Shown: piece by piece, positions 60,856 to 64,000 of the stretch | Position numbering within the stretch: the first letter of the stretch is position 1 | Layout: the number at the start of each line of letters is the position of its first letter | Source of the DNA: Nitrospirota bacterium | Lineage (GTDB): Bacteria; Nitrospirota; UBA9217 | Direction of reading: 5' to 3' | DNA length: 64,000 nt | Assembly: GCA_963754875.1 (NCBI GenBank) | Contig: CAVWHO010000022.1 | Span: forward strand, 96,001 to 160,000 | Translations under genes and position numbers: made by a program | Notes under the pieces: generated by a model | The model's input: only the letters and a program-made list of their open reading frames with translations | Database searches by the model: none | Told to the model about the DNA's origin: nothing

Positions 60856-63800
60856 ATGGTCCTCTTTCACCTCTATCGCACGCCGGCGCTCTCGACCTAC
60901 CAGGCCGCCGGCCTGCTCGTGACAGCGCAGCAGAAGGTCTCTCCCGTTGTCAGCGCAATCGAGACCGAATTCTGTTTCAATGTCGCTGCCGACAGCCCCC
61001 TGACAAACGACGAGATGCGCTTGCTGCGCTGGCTTCTCGCCGAGACCTTCGAGCCCGGCAATTTCTCGGACAAGACGTTTCTTAATCCGCAGTCCGCAAT
61101 CTCCGATCCGCAATTGACTCTTGAAGTCGGTCCCCGCATGAACTTCACGACGGCATGGTCCACGAACGCGGTCTCGGTTTGCCATGCCTGCGGGCTGAAG
61201 AAAATTTCGCGGATCGAGCGGTCGCGACGATACCGTCTTTCGCTCGCCGCGAATGCTTCGCTGGCAAAGGACCAGGAGATCGCATTCCTCGCTCTAGTTC
61301 ACGACCGCATGACCGAGTGTCCCTATCCTGAGCCGCTCAGGACCTTCGAAACCGGGATGGCGCCCGAACCGGTGCGTATCGTACCCCTTATGGAGCAGGG
61401 AAGACCTGCGCTTGAAAAAATCAACCGGGAGATGGGCCTTGGACTTGATGACTGGGACCTTGATTATTACACAAACCTCTTCATAAAAGAAATCAAGCGC
61501 AACCCGACGAACGTGGAATGCTTCGACCTTTCGCAGTCGAACAGCGAACACTCCCGCCACTGGTTCTTCCGCGGCAAGCTCATCGTGGACAACAAGGAAG
61601 CCCCCGAGACCTTGATGAAGATCGTCAAGGCGACCTACGAAGCGAACCGGAACAACAGCGTCATCGCCTTCAGCGATAATTCGAGTGCAATAACAGGCTA
61701 CGATATCACGACCATCATTCCCGAGGTCGTCGGCAAACCTTCGGCGTTCCGCGAAACGAAGCGGAAATATCATATCATCCTTACTGCAGAAACGCACAAT
61801 TTCCCCTCAGGCGTTGCACCCTTCCCCGGTGCCGAGACCGGCACCGGCGGCCGCATCCGCGACGTTCAGGCGACCGGCACCGGCGGGCTCGTGGTCGCAG
61901 GCACTGCGGCCTACTGCGTGGGCAACCTCCGCATCCCCGGATACGCACTCCCGTGGGAGGACGCGTCCTATGCATATCCAAATAATCTCGCTTCTCCGCT
62001 CCAGATCGAGGTCGAGGCGAGCAACGGCGCCTCGGACTACGGCAACAAGTTCGGCGAGCCGGTCATTCAAGGCTTCACGCGCTCCTTCGGCCTTCGGCTT
62101 CCTGATAATGAACGGCGGGAGTGGCTCAAACCGATCATGTTCTCCGCCGGCATCGGCCAGATGGATTCGCTCCATACCGCGAAGACCGCAGCCCAAAAAG
62201 GAATGCTCGTGGTCAAGGTCGGCGGCCCGGCCTACCGCATCGGCATGGGCGGCGGCGCTGCTTCTTCCATGATCCAGGGCGAAAACATCGCAGAGCTTGA
62301 CTTTAACGCGGTGCAGCGCGGCGATGCCGAGATGGAGCAGAAGCTGAACCGCGTGATACGCGCCTGCGTCGAGCTCGGGGAGCAAAACCCGATCCAGAGC
62401 ATTCACGACCAGGGTGCGGGCGGAAACTGCAATGTCGTCAAAGAAATCGTACACCCTGCGGGCGCAAAGATCGACATTCGACGGATCCAGGTCGGGGACA
62501 ACACGCTCTCGGCCCTCAAGATCTGGGGCGCCGAGTACCAGGAACAGAACGCCCTCCTCTTAAAACCGGAGCATCAAGGCCTGTTCAGATCGCTGTGCGA
62601 GCGCGAGAAGGTGCCCTTGGCCGTGATCGGCACGGTGACCGGCGAAGGTTACATTGTACTCTACGATGAATTCGACAACTCGACGCCGGAGAACCTGGAA
62701 CTCACCAAAGTTCTCGGCGACATGCCGCAAAAGGTTTTCAAGCTTGACCGGAAGAAGACCTCGCTCAAACCGCTCGAGCTTCCGAAAGACCTCACGGTAC
62801 GGCAGGCTCTAGACCGCGTGTTGCGTCTTGTCTCGGTGGGGTCCAAGCGCTTTCTCACGAACAAGGTCGACCGGTCCGTAACGGGCCTCATCGCCCGCCA
62901 GCAGTGTGCAGGCCCCTTGCAGCTTACTGTGTCCGATGTTGCTGTGATCGCACAGTCCCACTTCGGCTTGACCGGGGCAGCCTGCGCCATCGGCGAACAG
63001 CCCGTCAAAGAACTGATCGACCCTGCTGCCATGGCCAGGATGAGCGTCGGCGAGGCGCTCACGAACATTGTCTGGGCGCAGGTCTCCTCTCTCGGCGACA
63101 TCCGCTGCTCGGCAAACTGGATGTGGGCCCCGAAACTGCCGGGCGAAGGTTCCCGCTTATACGATGCCGCCGTTGCCATGCGCGACGTCATGATCGAGTT
63201 CGGCATGGCAGTTGACGGGGGCAAGGACAGCCTGTCCATGGCCGCCAAAGTTACGAACGCCGACGGAACGAGTGAAACCGTGAAGTCTCCGGGAACGCTT
63301 GTCATCTCCGCCTACGTCACCTGCCCGGACATCACCAAGACGGTGACGCCGGACCTCAAGGCACCGGGCAAGAGCAAGCTTCTCTCCATCGACCTCGGCT
63401 CCGGACAAAATCGGCTCGGCGGCTCGGCGCTCGCACAGGTCTTCGGCCAGGTGGGAGATACATCCCCTGACCTTGATGATCCCCAGCTCCTGACGAGAAC
63501 GTTTACCGCCATGCAGAACCTTGTCGCAGACAGGCTCATTCTTGCCGGCCATGACCGTTCCGATGGGGGCCTCGTAACGACGCTGCTCGAAATGGCCTTC
63601 GCCGGAAACTGCGGCATCGAGATCGACCTCGGAAAACAGAACGACGCTCTGGCCGCGCTCTTCTCCGAGGAGCTCGGGCTTGTGATCGAATATCTCCCGG
63701 CTGAAGAAGCAACGATCTTCTCCGTACTCGATAAAGCCGCGGTCCCGTTCCGGGTGATCGGCAGGACAACGCTTGAGAAGCGAATAGTCTGTTCACTCAA

Positions 63801-64000
63801 AACTCAGAACGCAGAACTCAAAACCGTCTTGGACGAAGACATGCTCGTGCTCCGCGACATCTGGGAAGAAACGAGCCACCACCTCGATCTCCTGCAGCGG
63901 AACCCGGAAAATATCCGCGAAGAACGAAAAAATATCTATGACCGCAAAGGTCCGTCCTTTGTCATTCCCTTTACACCGAAACAGACAGAGGAAGACCTGT
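60856..64000 (+). CDS. purL: Phosphoribosylformylglycinamidine synthase, large single-chain type (3' end beyond window)
   Basis: Translated by hand from ATG 60856: EVGPRMNFTTAWSTNAV, DRMTE, QSNSEHSRHWFF, AETHNFP, PFPGAETG.GGRIRD, IHDQGAGG, DGGKDS, HDRSDGG. Confidence 0.95.
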   Translation, partial: MVLFHLYRTPALSTYQAAGLLVTAQQKVSPVVSAIETEFCFNVAADSPLTNDEMRLLRWLLAETFEPGNFSDKTFLNPQSAISDPQLTLEVGPRMNFTTAWSTNAVSVCHACGLKKISRIERSRRYRLSLAANASLAKDQEIAFLALVHDRMTECPYPEPLRTFETGMAPEPVRIVPLMEQGRPALEKINREMGLGLDDWDLDYYTNLFIKEIKRNPTNVECFDLSQSNSEHSRHWFFRGKLIVDNKEAPETLMKIVKATYEANRNNSVIAFSDNSSAITGYDITTIIPEVVGKPSAFRETKRKYHIILTAETHNFPSGVAPFPGAETGTGGRIRDVQATGTGGLVVAGTAAYCVGNLRIPGYALPWEDASYAYPNNLASPLQIEVEASNGASDYGNKFGEPVIQGFTRSFGLRLPDNERREWLKPIMFSAGIGQMDSLHTAKTAAQKGMLVVKVGGPAYRIGMGGGAASSMIQGENIAELDFNAVQRGDAEMEQKLNRVIRACVELGEQNPIQSIHDQGAGGNCNVVKEIVHPAGAKIDIRRIQVGDNTLSALKIWGAEYQEQNALLLKPEHQGLFRSLCEREKVPLAVIGTVTGEGYIVLYDEFDNSTPENLELTKVLGDMPQKVFKLDRKKTSLKPLELPKDLTVRQALDRVLRLVSVGSKRFLTNKVDRSVTGLIARQQCAGPLQLTVSDVAVIAQSHFGLTGAACAIGEQPVKELIDPAAMARMSVGEALTNIVWAQVSSLGDIRCSANWMWAPKLPGEGSRLYDAAVAMRDVMIEFGMAVDGGKDSLSMAAKVTNADGTSETVKSPGTLVISAYVTCPDITKTVTPDLKAPGKSKLLSIDLGSGQNRLGGSALAQVFGQVGDTSPDLDDPQLLTRTFTAMQNLVADRLILAGHDRSDGGLVTTLLEMAFAGNCGIEIDLGKQNDALAALFSEELGLVIEYLPAEEATIFSVLDKAAVPFRVIGRTTLEKRIVCSLKTQNAELKTVLDEDMLVLRDIWEETSHHLDLLQRNPENIREERKNIYDRKGPSFVIPFTPKQTEEDL

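Overview
Core-genome segment of a moderately GC-rich bacterium. Gene content (RomR-like regulator next to valS, nadC-birA-coaX, system II cytochrome c biogenesis, bactofilin after parAB) suggests Nitrospirota or a deltaproteobacteria-like lineage; this is inference only. From the left: a NarL-type response regulator and a multi-PAS membrane histidine kinase (four +1 frameshifts, probably sequencing errors); usp; a ferritin-like gene; aconitase; a long minus-strand run containing galT, a single-domain receiver, coaX, birA, nadC, valS, a RomR-like regulator overlapping the end of a type IV pilus (Pil-Chp/Tax-like) chemosensory operon, icd, mnmA, resB/ccsA-like genes and HU; two Slp lipoproteins; ftsH; an Smr protein; a GAF/HD-GYP protein; dksA; tRNA-Val(CAC); an rlmI-like gene; a SurA/PPIase cluster split by capA; mfd; an accessory patch; pgi; mnmE-mnmG-rsmG; parA-parB; bactofilin; and a large purL running off the window. 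Most notable observations: (1) a Clp1/Grc3/Nol9-family polynucleotide kinase gene between rsmG and parA, bracketed by two parS palindromes; (2) a dispersed family of degenerate 7-nt tandem arrays sitting right after stop codons as inverted pairs and also in frame inside valS and purL, one pair enclosing a GTAG REP doublet; (3) the Chp-RomR operon; (4) an unannotated sigma54-type small membrane protein cassette between duplicated terminators next to tRNA-Val; (5) a 38-bp IS1-like micro-element with an apparent target-site duplication.
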